Virus record (IMG/VR): IMGVR_UViG_3300045988_061988
Span: 1 to 38,333 of that record
From: a virus
Strand: one strand, 5' to 3'
DNA: 38,333 bases
Position numbers and translations under genes: made by a program. The notes below the pieces were generated by a model. That model was given only the letters and a program-made list of their open reading frames with translations. It ran no database searches and was not told the origin of the DNA. Numbering within the stretch: the first letter of the stretch is position 1; the number at the start of each line of letters is the position of its first letter. This document shows positions 6,147-13,557 of this stretch, one piece after another.

Positions 6147-6439
6147 AACTAATAGAATTACTTCCATTGATTGTATGTAATACAGTAAACATTTACGAAA
6201 AAAGAAAATATAAACCATCTAGGTTTATCTTATCAATTAATCCCAAAACGAATAAAGGATGTATTTCAGATGATTTATTAGACAGAGAAATTTATTCAAT
6301 ATCAGTAGCTTATGGTGGTAGATTTATCATTTACGTTTGCAATAAGAAAGACGATGAAGAATTAGTTAAAAAAGCGGCTTCAATTGGATTAATTGAAAAT
6401 GTTAACAATGATAATTCAAATGAGGAGGATGATTTTTAA
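6143..6439 (+). CDS. Hypothetical protein (98 aa)
   Basis: ATGA start/stop overlap with the upstream ORF. RBS gaggagg. Confidence 0.55.
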   Translation: MKLIELLPLIVCNTVNIYEKRKYKPSRFILSINPKTNKGCISDDLLDREIYSISVAYGGRFIIYVCNKKDDEELVKKAASIGLIENVNNDNSNEEDDF

Positions 6440-6816
6440 TGAAAGAGTTTGTTCAAATATCACTAGAAACATATAATGAGTTAAAGTCTAATAACGAGAA
6501 TTTAAAAAGAATGTTAAAAAAGGAACAAGCATCACATAAAGGAGATGTTGTGCGAGCCAAAGAAGAAATAAATGATTTGGTCGAAAAAATAGATCAGTAT
6601 AAGCAATACATTCTAGAACGTAATTGTAAATTGGCAAACACTGTGACCTATTCACTAGAGCAATATTTGGATGTAGATTCATGGACCTATGGAATGTATT
6701 ACAAAGATGAATTATTAAGCCTAGGAATCACAAAACAAGAAATGGATGAATTTATAGTAGATAAATATGAGAAATATGTAAAAGAGAAAGAAGAAGAAGA
6801 TGAAGATGATGATTAA
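6439..6816 (+). CDS. Hypothetical coiled-coil protein with an acidic tail
   Basis: TAATG overlap, RBS gaggagg, C-terminus EEEDEDDD. Confidence 0.55.
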   Translation: MKEFVQISLETYNELKSNNENLKRMLKKEQASHKGDVVRAKEEINDLVEKIDQYKQYILERNCKLANTVTYSLEQYLDVDSWTYGMYYKDELLSLGITKQEMDEFIVDKYEKYVKEKEEEDEDDD

Positions 6817-7150
6817 ATTTTGTCCTGACTTAACTTCAAAAGAAGATGTGCCAATCACCATTGGCACAGTAACATTTACAGGACCAGTACTCCATAAATG
6901 CTTACAAAATAAATGTGTAGCGTATAAGTTTGGCAAGTGTTTAAAATACAATAACTATACGGAATATGGAGATAAATTTGAGCCAAAAGAAGTAATTGAA
7001 CATAATGGATGTATGGGATGTGTATACGAAGATTTTGAAGAGTTTGAAGAACCTTGTGCATATTGTAAAGGAACATATAAATACAATACTATGGCATATT
7101 TAAAAGCAAAAGATTGTTACGTGCGTAAAGTTGATAAAAGAAAGGAATGA
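6800..7150 (+). CDS. Cys-rich hypothetical protein (possible zinc-binding)
   Basis: Cys pairs CMGC and CAYC plus further Cys residues. The start could be 6800, 6806 or 6809. Confidence 0.5.
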   Translation: MKMMIKFCPDLTSKEDVPITIGTVTFTGPVLHKCLQNKCVAYKFGKCLKYNNYTEYGDKFEPKEVIEHNGCMGCVYEDFEEFEEPCAYCKGTYKYNTMAYLKAKDCYVRKVDKRKE

Positions 7151-7155
7151 TTTAA

Positions 7156-7452
7156 ATGGCTAAATTAACACAAGCACAGAAAGATGCGTATATAAAAGAG
7201 TTAGAAGAAAAGCTGGAAGAAGCTGATAAAATTCAGAATGATCAGTTGAACATTCTGAATATCAATCAGAAGAAAAAAAAGAAACATAAGAAAATCACAC
7301 AGAGAACAGCCCAAGCATGGTTACTAGTTGCGTTGGTGATCACTCTTCTATTGTCAATTATGAATATTTGCATGTTAAGTATGTACATGGATATGTTTGA
7401 ACAAGTTGGGGGATATCAATACGAAACATTCAGAGAGAATAAAGGAGAATGA
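7156..7452 (+). CDS. Hypothetical membrane-anchored protein (coiled coil, Lys-rich tract, TM helix)
   Basis: KKKKKHKK followed by the hydrophobic segment AWLLVALVITLLLSIMNICMLSM. Confidence 0.55.
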   Translation: MAKLTQAQKDAYIKELEEKLEEADKIQNDQLNILNINQKKKKKHKKITQRTAQAWLLVALVITLLLSIMNICMLSMYMDMFEQVGGYQYETFRENKGE

Positions 7453-7715
7453 AAATGATTAAGTTAAAAAACGGTTATGAAATTGAATCAGACGGAAAAA
7501 GCTTCACGTTGTTTAAATATGTAATTCAAGAAAGAAAAGATGGGAGTATAACGGAAGCCAAGAAACAGATTTCCTTTCACTCTACATTATCAAGTGCGTT
7601 ACAAGGCTATTCTAATTGCGTGATGGCAGATTTAGTTTCTAACGTATATTTAGACTTGAAACAAGTTAAAGAAGCTATTGACGATTTAAAAAGGGAGATA
7701 AGGACATATGAATAA
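7449..7715 (+). CDS. Hypothetical protein (88 aa)
   Basis: ATGA overlap with the upstream ORF. RBS aaaggaga. Confidence 0.55.
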   Translation: MKMIKLKNGYEIESDGKSFTLFKYVIQERKDGSITEAKKQISFHSTLSSALQGYSNCVMADLVSNVYLDLKQVKEAIDDLKREIRTYE

Positions 7716-8064
7716 ATATCAAGAAGCAATGAACTATTTATGGAATGCATATGATGAAAATAAAATATATGGCATTGCAAGTAGAGGACATCTAGAAACA
7801 TTACAGGAGTTAGTTGATAAAGCAGATTCATTTGAGTGGATTCCTGTTTCTGAAAGACTACCTGAACCACCAATGGAAAACCCAGTACTCGATTACAAAC
7901 CATTAGAAGTTTATTTAGTATCAGTAAGTGATGAAGGCTATCCAATCAGAGCGTTTTGGGATGGAAAAAACTTTGGTATAGGAATGTTTAAATTGGATGT
8001 CAAAGCTTGGATGCCACTGCCAAAGCCATATAAGGAGAAAGAAAATGAAAATGACATTAGATGA
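7708..8064 (+). CDS. DUF551-like phage protein
   Basis: The EWIPVSERLPEP motif is typical of the DUF551 domain. Start overlaps the upstream stop. Confidence 0.5.
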   Translation: MNKYQEAMNYLWNAYDENKIYGIASRGHLETLQELVDKADSFEWIPVSERLPEPPMENPVLDYKPLEVYLVSVSDEGYPIRAFWDGKNFGIGMFKLDVKAWMPLPKPYKEKENENDIR

Positions 8065-8554
8065 AGCGATTGTTCATGCGAAAGAATTATCTGAAAATCA
8101 ATCAGTGTGTGTAGACTGTAGAGAAGAACATAAGCAACTTGCAGCGTGGCTGGATGAATTGAAACAGTATAAAGAAGAAAAGCCAGAAATAAAGCAAGAA
8201 ACTAATTACGAACATTACAAGGATGAAATCATAGAAAATTGTGGTTTTACTTTTGCACTAGTCGGCGGAAAGCCTCATAAATGCGCTTGTGTTAATTGTA
8301 ATGATTGTGGATTCAGTACAGGACATGGATGTACCGAAAAGATTAAAGAATGGTTAAAGAAACCGCACGAAAAGCCAGCATCAGTATACAAATTAACTAA
8401 ATTTGAAAAAGAATTATTACAATGCTATCCAGATATATACAGTTTTAAAGTATTTAATTCTTTAAATGGGATGAAGGAAAAAGGATATTTTAAAGGAATT
8501 GATGATAATGAAATAATTGGAGAAATTCTAGCAAATTGTGAGGTAATCAAATAA
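8045..8554 (+). CDS. Cys-rich hypothetical protein
   Basis: ATG 8045 after the RBS aaggagaaag. Cys clusters are CVDC and CACVNCNDCGFSTGHGC. Confidence 0.55.
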   Translation: MKMTLDEAIVHAKELSENQSVCVDCREEHKQLAAWLDELKQYKEEKPEIKQETNYEHYKDEIIENCGFTFALVGGKPHKCACVNCNDCGFSTGHGCTEKIKEWLKKPHEKPASVYKLTKFEKELLQCYPDIYSFKVFNSLNGMKEKGYFKGIDDNEIIGEILANCEVIK

Positions 8555-8787
8555 TGCTTAAAGCTAGATTGTTGTGCTTAACTGATAAGTATGAAGATGA
8601 TTTAATCAGTAGTACTGGTAAACACAAAGAAGATTATATCGGTCAAGTTGGTAATATTGTGCATCAGCAAAATATCTGTGTACTTGTTGGCACAAATAAA
8701 TATTTATACGACATCGAATTTAATGATGGCGCAAGATTTTGTGTAGAAAGAGAACAAATTGAATTCGTGGAGGGAAAAAATGATTGA
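8554..8787 (+). CDS. Hypothetical protein (77 aa)
   Basis: TAATG overlap with the upstream ORF. RBS gaggtaa. Confidence 0.5.
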   Translation: MLKARLLCLTDKYEDDLISSTGKHKEDYIGQVGNIVHQQNICVLVGTNKYLYDIEFNDGARFCVEREQIEFVEGKND

Positions 8788-9034
8788 TATTATTTGCGGG
8801 TTTATATATGGAAGTGGTGCAACACTTCTTATATATAGCCTAATGGTAGGAAAAAGGATTCAAGAAGAACAAGAAAAAGCTACAAAATGTATCTTCAAGT
8901 ATGAAGGATACAGAAGAAGAATCAGAACGCTTGAATATCAGAAGCATGAACTAGAAAAGAAACTTGAATCAATTGAAAGAGAGGAAAAAAATGGCGAAAC
9001 TTGCAAAAATGAAATACAGAACTGTTGGCGGTGA
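8780..9034 (+). CDS. Small membrane protein (N-terminal TM plus coiled coil)
   Basis: RBS ggaggga precedes ATG 8780. The hydrophobic segment is IICGFIYGSGATLLIYSLMV. Confidence 0.5.
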   Translation: MIDIICGFIYGSGATLLIYSLMVGKRIQEEQEKATKCIFKYEGYRRRIRTLEYQKHELEKKLESIEREEKNGETCKNEIQNCWR

Positions 9035-9161
9035 TTTAAAGGTCAACACGTACACTACTACAATATCAAAAAAGATTGTGAAGGAATCTGGAATTGATCC
9101 AGAAAAAGAAATCACGGTGAAGGCAGAAAAAGGCAAAATCATTATCGAGCAAAAAAGATAA
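8991..9161 (+). CDS. AbrB/MazE/SpoVT-like swapped-hairpin DNA-binding protein (tentative)
   Basis: RBS gagagga precedes ATG 8991. TISKKIVKESGIDPEKEITVKAEKGKIIIEQ fits the SpoVT-AbrB pattern. Confidence 0.4.
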   Translation: MAKLAKMKYRTVGGDLKVNTYTTTISKKIVKESGIDPEKEITVKAEKGKIIIEQKR

Positions 9162-9176
9162 AAGAAAGGAAAAAAT

Positions 9177-9533
9177 ATGAGTGGTGGAAGTCATAACTAT
9201 ATAGCAGATGCGATAAACGAAGCGTTGTTTGAAGGTCGTATATGGAGTCGTTACACAAATGTTTGTGATGCAAAAAACGCTAGAATTGCAAGAAACTTGA
9301 ATCCGATGCATGACAGAGAACTATCTGAACTTATGACGGATGTAATATGCTTGCTATACGGTTTGGAATGGTTCGATTCATGCGATATTGGAGAAGGAAC
9401 ATACAAAGAGTGCGTGGACAAATTCAAATCAAAGTGGTTTACGAGAACAGAAAAAGATAGATTGAATAGCTATCTTGAAGATTTAAAAAGCTATTATGAA
9501 GAGTTAGCGGAAGAATTAAAAGAAAATGATTAG
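9177..9533 (+). CDS. Hypothetical protein (118 aa)
   Basis: RBS aaaggaaaa precedes the ATG. Last gene of the AT-rich early block. Confidence 0.55.
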   Translation: MSGGSHNYIADAINEALFEGRIWSRYTNVCDAKNARIARNLNPMHDRELSELMTDVICLLYGLEWFDSCDIGEGTYKECVDKFKSKWFTRTEKDRLNSYLEDLKSYYEELAEELKEND

Positions 9534-9563
9534 CAGAGCAAAAAAGATAAAATAAAGGCAAAG

Positions 9564-9591
9564 AAAAAAGGGCATAAAGTCCCTTTTTTTT
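9564..9591. terminator. Weak A/T-flanked hairpin (possible bidirectional terminator) ending the early block
   Basis: AAAAAAGGG-cataaagt-CCCTTTTTT. Confidence 0.4.
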
Positions 9592-9634
9592 GGCAATAAT
9601 TATAGTATAATAAGTTTGAGAAAGAAGGCAAAAT

Positions 9635-9850
9635 ATGGGGAAAAAAATGGTATTTTCTAATAAAACATATGACACTCTGAAGTGGGTTGCACTTGTTGGA
9701 ACGAACGCATTTTCAGCGTTAATTATCACGCTCGGCAAAATCTGGGGATGGGATAATGCAGAAGCGATTGCAGGAACTATTTCGGCAGTCGGAACTTGCA
9801 TTGGTGCATGCTTACAAATTAGTTCGGCGAATTATAAAAAGGTGGAATAA
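9635..9850 (+). CDS. Holin, SPP1/XhlB family
   Basis: KTYDTLKWVALVGTNAFSALIITLGKIWGW...AIAGTISAVGTCIGACLQIS matches the two-TM SPP1-type holin signature. An alternative start is at 9647. Confidence 0.8.
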   Translation: MGKKMVFSNKTYDTLKWVALVGTNAFSALIITLGKIWGWDNAEAIAGTISAVGTCIGACLQISSANYKKVE

Positions 9851-10198
9851 ATGACTCCTGAAGCAAGTGTAAGCATTGCATTACTTATTTCCTTGACATC
9901 ACTGGCATGTACGTTAATCAACACCTTTGCAGGTGGCAAAAAACGTCAGGAAGAACAGGCAGAGCGAGAAAAGAATCGTCAAATGGACATCGAAAAGAAT
10001 TTTGTAAAAATCAACGTAAAGCTTGATGAATTCTATGATACATCAAAGAAAATGATGGCAGATAACGGCGAAAAGACTGAGCAGCTGAAAAAGGTATCAG
10101 AGCAACTAATTCTTGTTACGGAACGTGTAAATACGTTGTTTAAATACAAGGATGATCATGAGCAAAGAATAAAAGGACTAGAGGACAAAATAAAATAA
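9851..10198 (+). CDS. XhlA-like membrane protein (holin-associated)
   Basis: N-terminal TM (VSIALLISLTSLACTLINTF) followed by a coiled coil. Its position between holin and endolysin mirrors PBSX xhlA/xhlB/xlyA. Confidence 0.55.
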   Translation: MTPEASVSIALLISLTSLACTLINTFAGGKKRQEEQAEREKNRQMDIEKNFVKINVKLDEFYDTSKKMMADNGEKTEQLKKVSEQLILVTERVNTLFKYKDDHEQRIKGLEDKIK

Positions 10199-10213
10199 AA
10201 GGAGGAATAAAGA

Positions 10214-11245
10214 ATGTACGGTATTGATATTTCAGAACACAATGGCAATATTAATTTAGAGCCATATAAAGGACAATTTGTCATTATTAGAGTTGGATAT
10301 GGTCATTTTCAATTAGACGAAAAATTTGAAAGAAACGTTAACGAGTGCAAAAGGCTAGGCATTCCGTTTGGGGTTTATCATTATTCATATGCATTGAATG
10401 AGGCAGAAGCAGAAGCAGAAGCAAGAGGAGTTCTTAATGCAATCGCAAAGTATAAGAACGATATCAGAGTTGGTGTATGGTTTGATATGGAAGACGCAGA
10501 CGGTTATAAGAGAAATCACGGCTTCAAGTTCTCAAATGCAACCATTGCTCCAATCTGCTACAAGTTCTGCAAAATGATTGAAGACGCAGGATATTATGCA
10601 GGCATTTACGCTTCTAGCTCATGGCTTCAATATGTAAATGGTTTAAATGACAGATTCGACAAATGGGTGGCTAATTGGGGAATGAATGATGGAACACAGC
10701 ACACAAACACTTCTCAATATGGAACAATTCAGCAATACACTTCTAAGCCATTAGACAAGAATGTAATGTATGCAGACCTTTCAAGATATTCAAGAGGTAA
10801 CACAACAGAACCTGTCAGAAAGAGTAACGAGCAGATTGCAGACGAAGTAATTTCAGGAGCTTGGGGAAATGGTGAAGATCGCAAGAACAGACTTACACAG
10901 GCAGGATATGACTACAATGTGATTCAGGACATTGTGAACAAGAAGGTTGCGCCTGTTAGAAAGTCAAATGATCAGATTGCAAGCGAGGTAATTGCTGGAC
11001 AGTGGGGAAATGGTCAGGACAGAGTGAACAGACTGAATGCAGCAGGATATGATGCTAATGCGATTCAGAATATCGTAAATGGCAAGATGGGTGCAACACA
11101 GGCACAGTATTACACTGTACAGAGTGGAGATACATTATCAGGCATTGCATCCAGATATGGAACAACATGGCAGAAGCTACAGGCTATGAATGGTATCAGT
11201 AATCCTAATCTAATCTATGCTGGACAGCGTATCAGAGTTAAGTAA
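10214..11245 (+). CDS. Endolysin: GH25 muramidase, two Cpl-7 (CW_7) repeats and a LysM domain
   Basis: N-terminus [10 protein letters not shown]...FVIIRVGYG (GH25). Duplicated RKSN(E/D)QIA(D/S)EVI(S/A)G(A/Q)WGNG(E/Q)DR(K/V)NRL..AGYD repeats. C-terminus [44 protein letters not shown] (LysM). Confidence 0.9.
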   Translation: MYGIDISEHNGNINLEPYKGQFVIIRVGYGHFQLDEKFERNVNECKRLGIPFGVYHYSYALNEAEAEAEARGVLNAIAKYKNDIRVGVWFDMEDADGYKRNHGFKFSNATIAPICYKFCKMIEDAGYYAGIYASSSWLQYVNGLNDRFDKWVANWGMNDGTQHTNTSQYGTIQQYTSKPLDKNVMYADLSRYSRGNTTEPVRKSNEQIADEVISGAWGNGEDRKNRLTQAGYDYNVIQDIVNKKVAPVRKSNDQIASEVIAGQWGNGQDRVNRLNAAGYDANAIQNIVNGKMGATQAQYYTVQSGDTLSGIASRYGTTWQKLQAMNGISNPNLIYAGQRIRVK

Positions 11246-11625
11246 TGGCACAAGGCTATTATTCTTGTAGCAAGTGTGGGAAGATACATCCGAAAGGTTA
11301 TGTATGCCATGTACAAAAGAAGCACTACAAGTACAGCTATAAAGAGTCGAGGATGAGAAGCAAGGGTGCATGGACAGAGAAGAGCAAACAGATTAGAGAG
11401 GATGCTAACTATCTATGTGAAGTATGCAAGGACAAAGGTATATATAACTACCGTAATATAGGAGTGCATCACATAGAGAAGCTGAAGGATAAGCCAGAGC
11501 TATGGTTGGATGATGATAACCTTATATGCTTATGCAAAGACTGTCACAGGTTAGCTGATGCAGGAATGGTTGATAAAGAATATCTAAAGAAGTTAGCTAT
11601 GCAGAGAATCGACAGGTTGAAGTAA
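11245..11625 (+). CDS. HNH endonuclease (packaging-associated type)
   Basis: CSKCGK...CEVCKDKG...HHIEKL...NLICLCKDCH. Start overlaps the endolysin stop (TAATG). Confidence 0.85.
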   Translation: MAQGYYSCSKCGKIHPKGYVCHVQKKHYKYSYKESRMRSKGAWTEKSKQIREDANYLCEVCKDKGIYNYRNIGVHHIEKLKDKPELWLDDDNLICLCKDCHRLADAGMVDKEYLKKLAMQRIDRLK

Positions 11626-11714
11626 TCCCCCGTGGTAACAGGCATTGTCTGATGTGACACCAAGATGAAACGTCCATACAACTGATCACAAAAATTATAA
11701 AATACTAAGATTTT

Positions 11715-11744
11715 TTGGATAAACGGCCAAAATCACGCTATAAT
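11715..11744 (+). promoter_or_regulatory. Candidate promoter (TTGGAT, 18-nt spacer, TATAAT) in front of the AT-rich operon
   Basis: Hexamers at 11715-11720 and 11739-11744. Confidence 0.45.
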
Positions 11745-11795
11745 GTGAGTATAAGCCGTTTTTTGTTTCAAAAAGAATCAAAAACTAGCTTAATG

Positions 11796-11811
11796 TGTTC
11801 CACGTGGAACA
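11796..11811. promoter_or_regulatory. Perfect 16-bp palindrome TGTTCCACGTGGAACA (operator or RNA hairpin candidate)
   Basis: Read directly. It lies 29 nt upstream of the permease start codon, downstream of the candidate promoter. Confidence 0.6.
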
Positions 11812-11839
11812 TGAGCGGGCAATATAAGAAAGGTAGTGA

Positions 11840-12937
11840 ATGAAAATGGGAAATGAGAAACTAAGTTTTAAAAAAATAGGTGCTTCAAGTGCTGCAAGCT
11901 GGGCATGGGGAACATCTTTAATCATGGGACAACAAATAGCTCAAGAGAAAGGTATAATCGCTTGGGTCATATGGGCTGTTTGTAATACCTTAACGCTTGC
12001 ATTATTTGGATGGCTATATAACAATAAAAAAATTAGTCCAGAAACTTATAATAGAAAAGAAGTAAAAGTAATAGCATTAATAATTCAATTATTTAGCTTG
12101 TTAGTTCAGTTGAATTTTATAAATCAACAATTTTTAATTATTACAGGTAGTACAATTGCAGCATATTTGATAACAATAGCATTAGGATTTTTCTTTACTT
12201 TAATTGTTTACAAAAAAGGACTACCAACATCAGTTAAAACAGATGTATACCAATGGATCATGGCTATTGTATCAATTATAGCAGTTATATTAGTTGGAAT
12301 ATTTACAAAAGCCCCATTACAAGTATTTGCACCAACTAGCATGAGTGGTGTGTTATGGGGAATATGGTCTGGACTTATTTTGTTTGCTGGACCTATTGGA
12401 GATGTACAACATTGGCAAAGAGCAGAAGCAGATGAAAGTAAAAAAGGTTATTATTTAGGAGCATTTTTATTTGGACTTTATATGTTATTAATATTAGGAA
12501 TGGCTTTCTTTAAATTTACACTACCAATGCATATTATTTTATTAGTAGCAGTTCTTGGAGTAACTACATCGACTATAGATAGTATTGCAGTAGCACTTCA
12601 TGGAGTAGGGAATAAGAAAATAGGAACAGGACTTTCACTATTATTATGTATTGCATTTGGAGTATTTGTTAAAATGGGAATGCTTCAGTTATGGAGTTCA
12701 TTTGGAGTTATTAGATTTGCATTTGCAGTTGGTATTTTGTTATTACCGTTAGCATTAAAGAAAAAAACAAGTATAGTAATTCCAGTATCAGCAATAACGT
12801 TTGGAATAATGGTATTATTTGCTACTTTAGGACAAATAACAATTAATTCAATTGTTGGAGTTATAAGTTTTATAGTAGCAACAATAATACTTGGCTATGT
12901 ATCAGTAAAATCATTAGAAAGTAGGAAAATGAGATGA
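11840..12937 (+). CDS. Polytopic membrane protein (about 10-11 TM helices); permease, possibly sodium:solute-symporter-like
   Basis: Hydrophobic helices throughout. N-terminus IGASSAASWAWGTSLIMGQQIAQEKG and mid-protein GPIGDVQHWQRAEADESKKGYYLGAF resemble SSS-family TM1 and the (D)QxxxQR loop. Family call is tentative. Confidence 0.45.
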   Translation: MKMGNEKLSFKKIGASSAASWAWGTSLIMGQQIAQEKGIIAWVIWAVCNTLTLALFGWLYNNKKISPETYNRKEVKVIALIIQLFSLLVQLNFINQQFLIITGSTIAAYLITIALGFFFTLIVYKKGLPTSVKTDVYQWIMAIVSIIAVILVGIFTKAPLQVFAPTSMSGVLWGIWSGLILFAGPIGDVQHWQRAEADESKKGYYLGAFLFGLYMLLILGMAFFKFTLPMHIILLVAVLGVTTSTIDSIAVALHGVGNKKIGTGLSLLLCIAFGVFVKMGMLQLWSSFGVIRFAFAVGILLLPLALKKKTSIVIPVSAITFGIMVLFATLGQITINSIVGVISFIVATIILGYVSVKSLESRKMR

Positions 12938-13557
12938 AATTAGAAGTAGTAAAATTAAGTGATTTAAAACCATTGGAGAAGAATGTTAGAAAACATAATG
13001 ATAAACAAATTGATGAATTAATTAAAAGTGTAGAACAATTCGGACAAACTAGAGCAATGGTTATTGATGAATATAATAATATTTTAATTGGTAATGGTTT
13101 ATATTTTGCTTTAGTAAAAATGAATAGAGAAGAAGTTCAATGTTATAGAAAGACAGGACTATCAGAAACTGAAAAGAAAAAATTAATTTTAAGTGATAAT
13201 AAAATTTATGGCTTAGGTTCAGATGATTACGAAGAAATAAATAATTATATTCAAGAGATAACTGGAATGGGAGATTTTGAAATCGCTGGTTATGACAAGT
13301 TTATTTTGGAGCAAATGACTGCAACAGATGAACAAGTTGAAGAAGCAATAAAAAATTATGGTACTATAACAGATACTAAATTTATTCAAGAAGAACCAAA
13401 ACAAGAAACAAGTTATAAAGAACCAGAAATTAAAAATGAACCAGAAATTAAAAATGAACAAGTAACAATGGTAACGGAAACAAAAGTCGGCGCTGAAAAA
13501 AATGAGAAGAAATATATTATATGTCCTTCTTGTGGGGAGATGATCTATCTTGATTAA
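12934..13557 (+). CDS. ParB N-terminal-domain-like protein (degenerate catalytic box) with a tandem PEIKNE repeat and C-terminal CxxC
   Basis: VVKLSDLKPLEKNVRKH...QIDELIKSVEQFGQTRAMVIDEYNNILIGNGLYFAL is a ParBc-like layout, but GNGLY replaces the usual GxHR. C-terminus CPSCGEMIYLD. ATGA overlap with the permease. Confidence 0.6.
   Translation: MKLEVVKLSDLKPLEKNVRKHNDKQIDELIKSVEQFGQTRAMVIDEYNNILIGNGLYFALVKMNREEVQCYRKTGLSETEKKKLILSDNKIYGLGSDDYEEINNYIQEITGMGDFEIAGYDKFILEQMTATDEQVEEAIKNYGTITDTKFIQEEPKQETSYKEPEIKNEPEIKNEQVTMVTETKVGAEKNEKKYIICPSCGEMIYLD
13420..13455 (+). repeat. Perfect tandem duplication of an 18-bp unit (GAACCAGAAATTAAAAAT x2) inside the ParB-like gene
   Basis: Read directly. 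It encodes EPEIKN EPEIKN. Confidence 0.9.

Noticed and set aside
9590-9611. TTGGCA...TATAAT as the lysis-cassette promoter
   Set aside because: The spacer between the hexamers is only 10 nt, which is incompatible with sigma-A recognition. The TATAAT alone (9606-9611) might act without a -35, but that cannot be supported from sequence.
11796-11811. The palindrome TGTTCCACGTGGAACA as a LexA (Cheo) box
   Set aside because: The Firmicutes SOS box is GAAC-N4-GTTC. Here the half-sites are inverted (GTTC-N6-GAAC), so it does not match.
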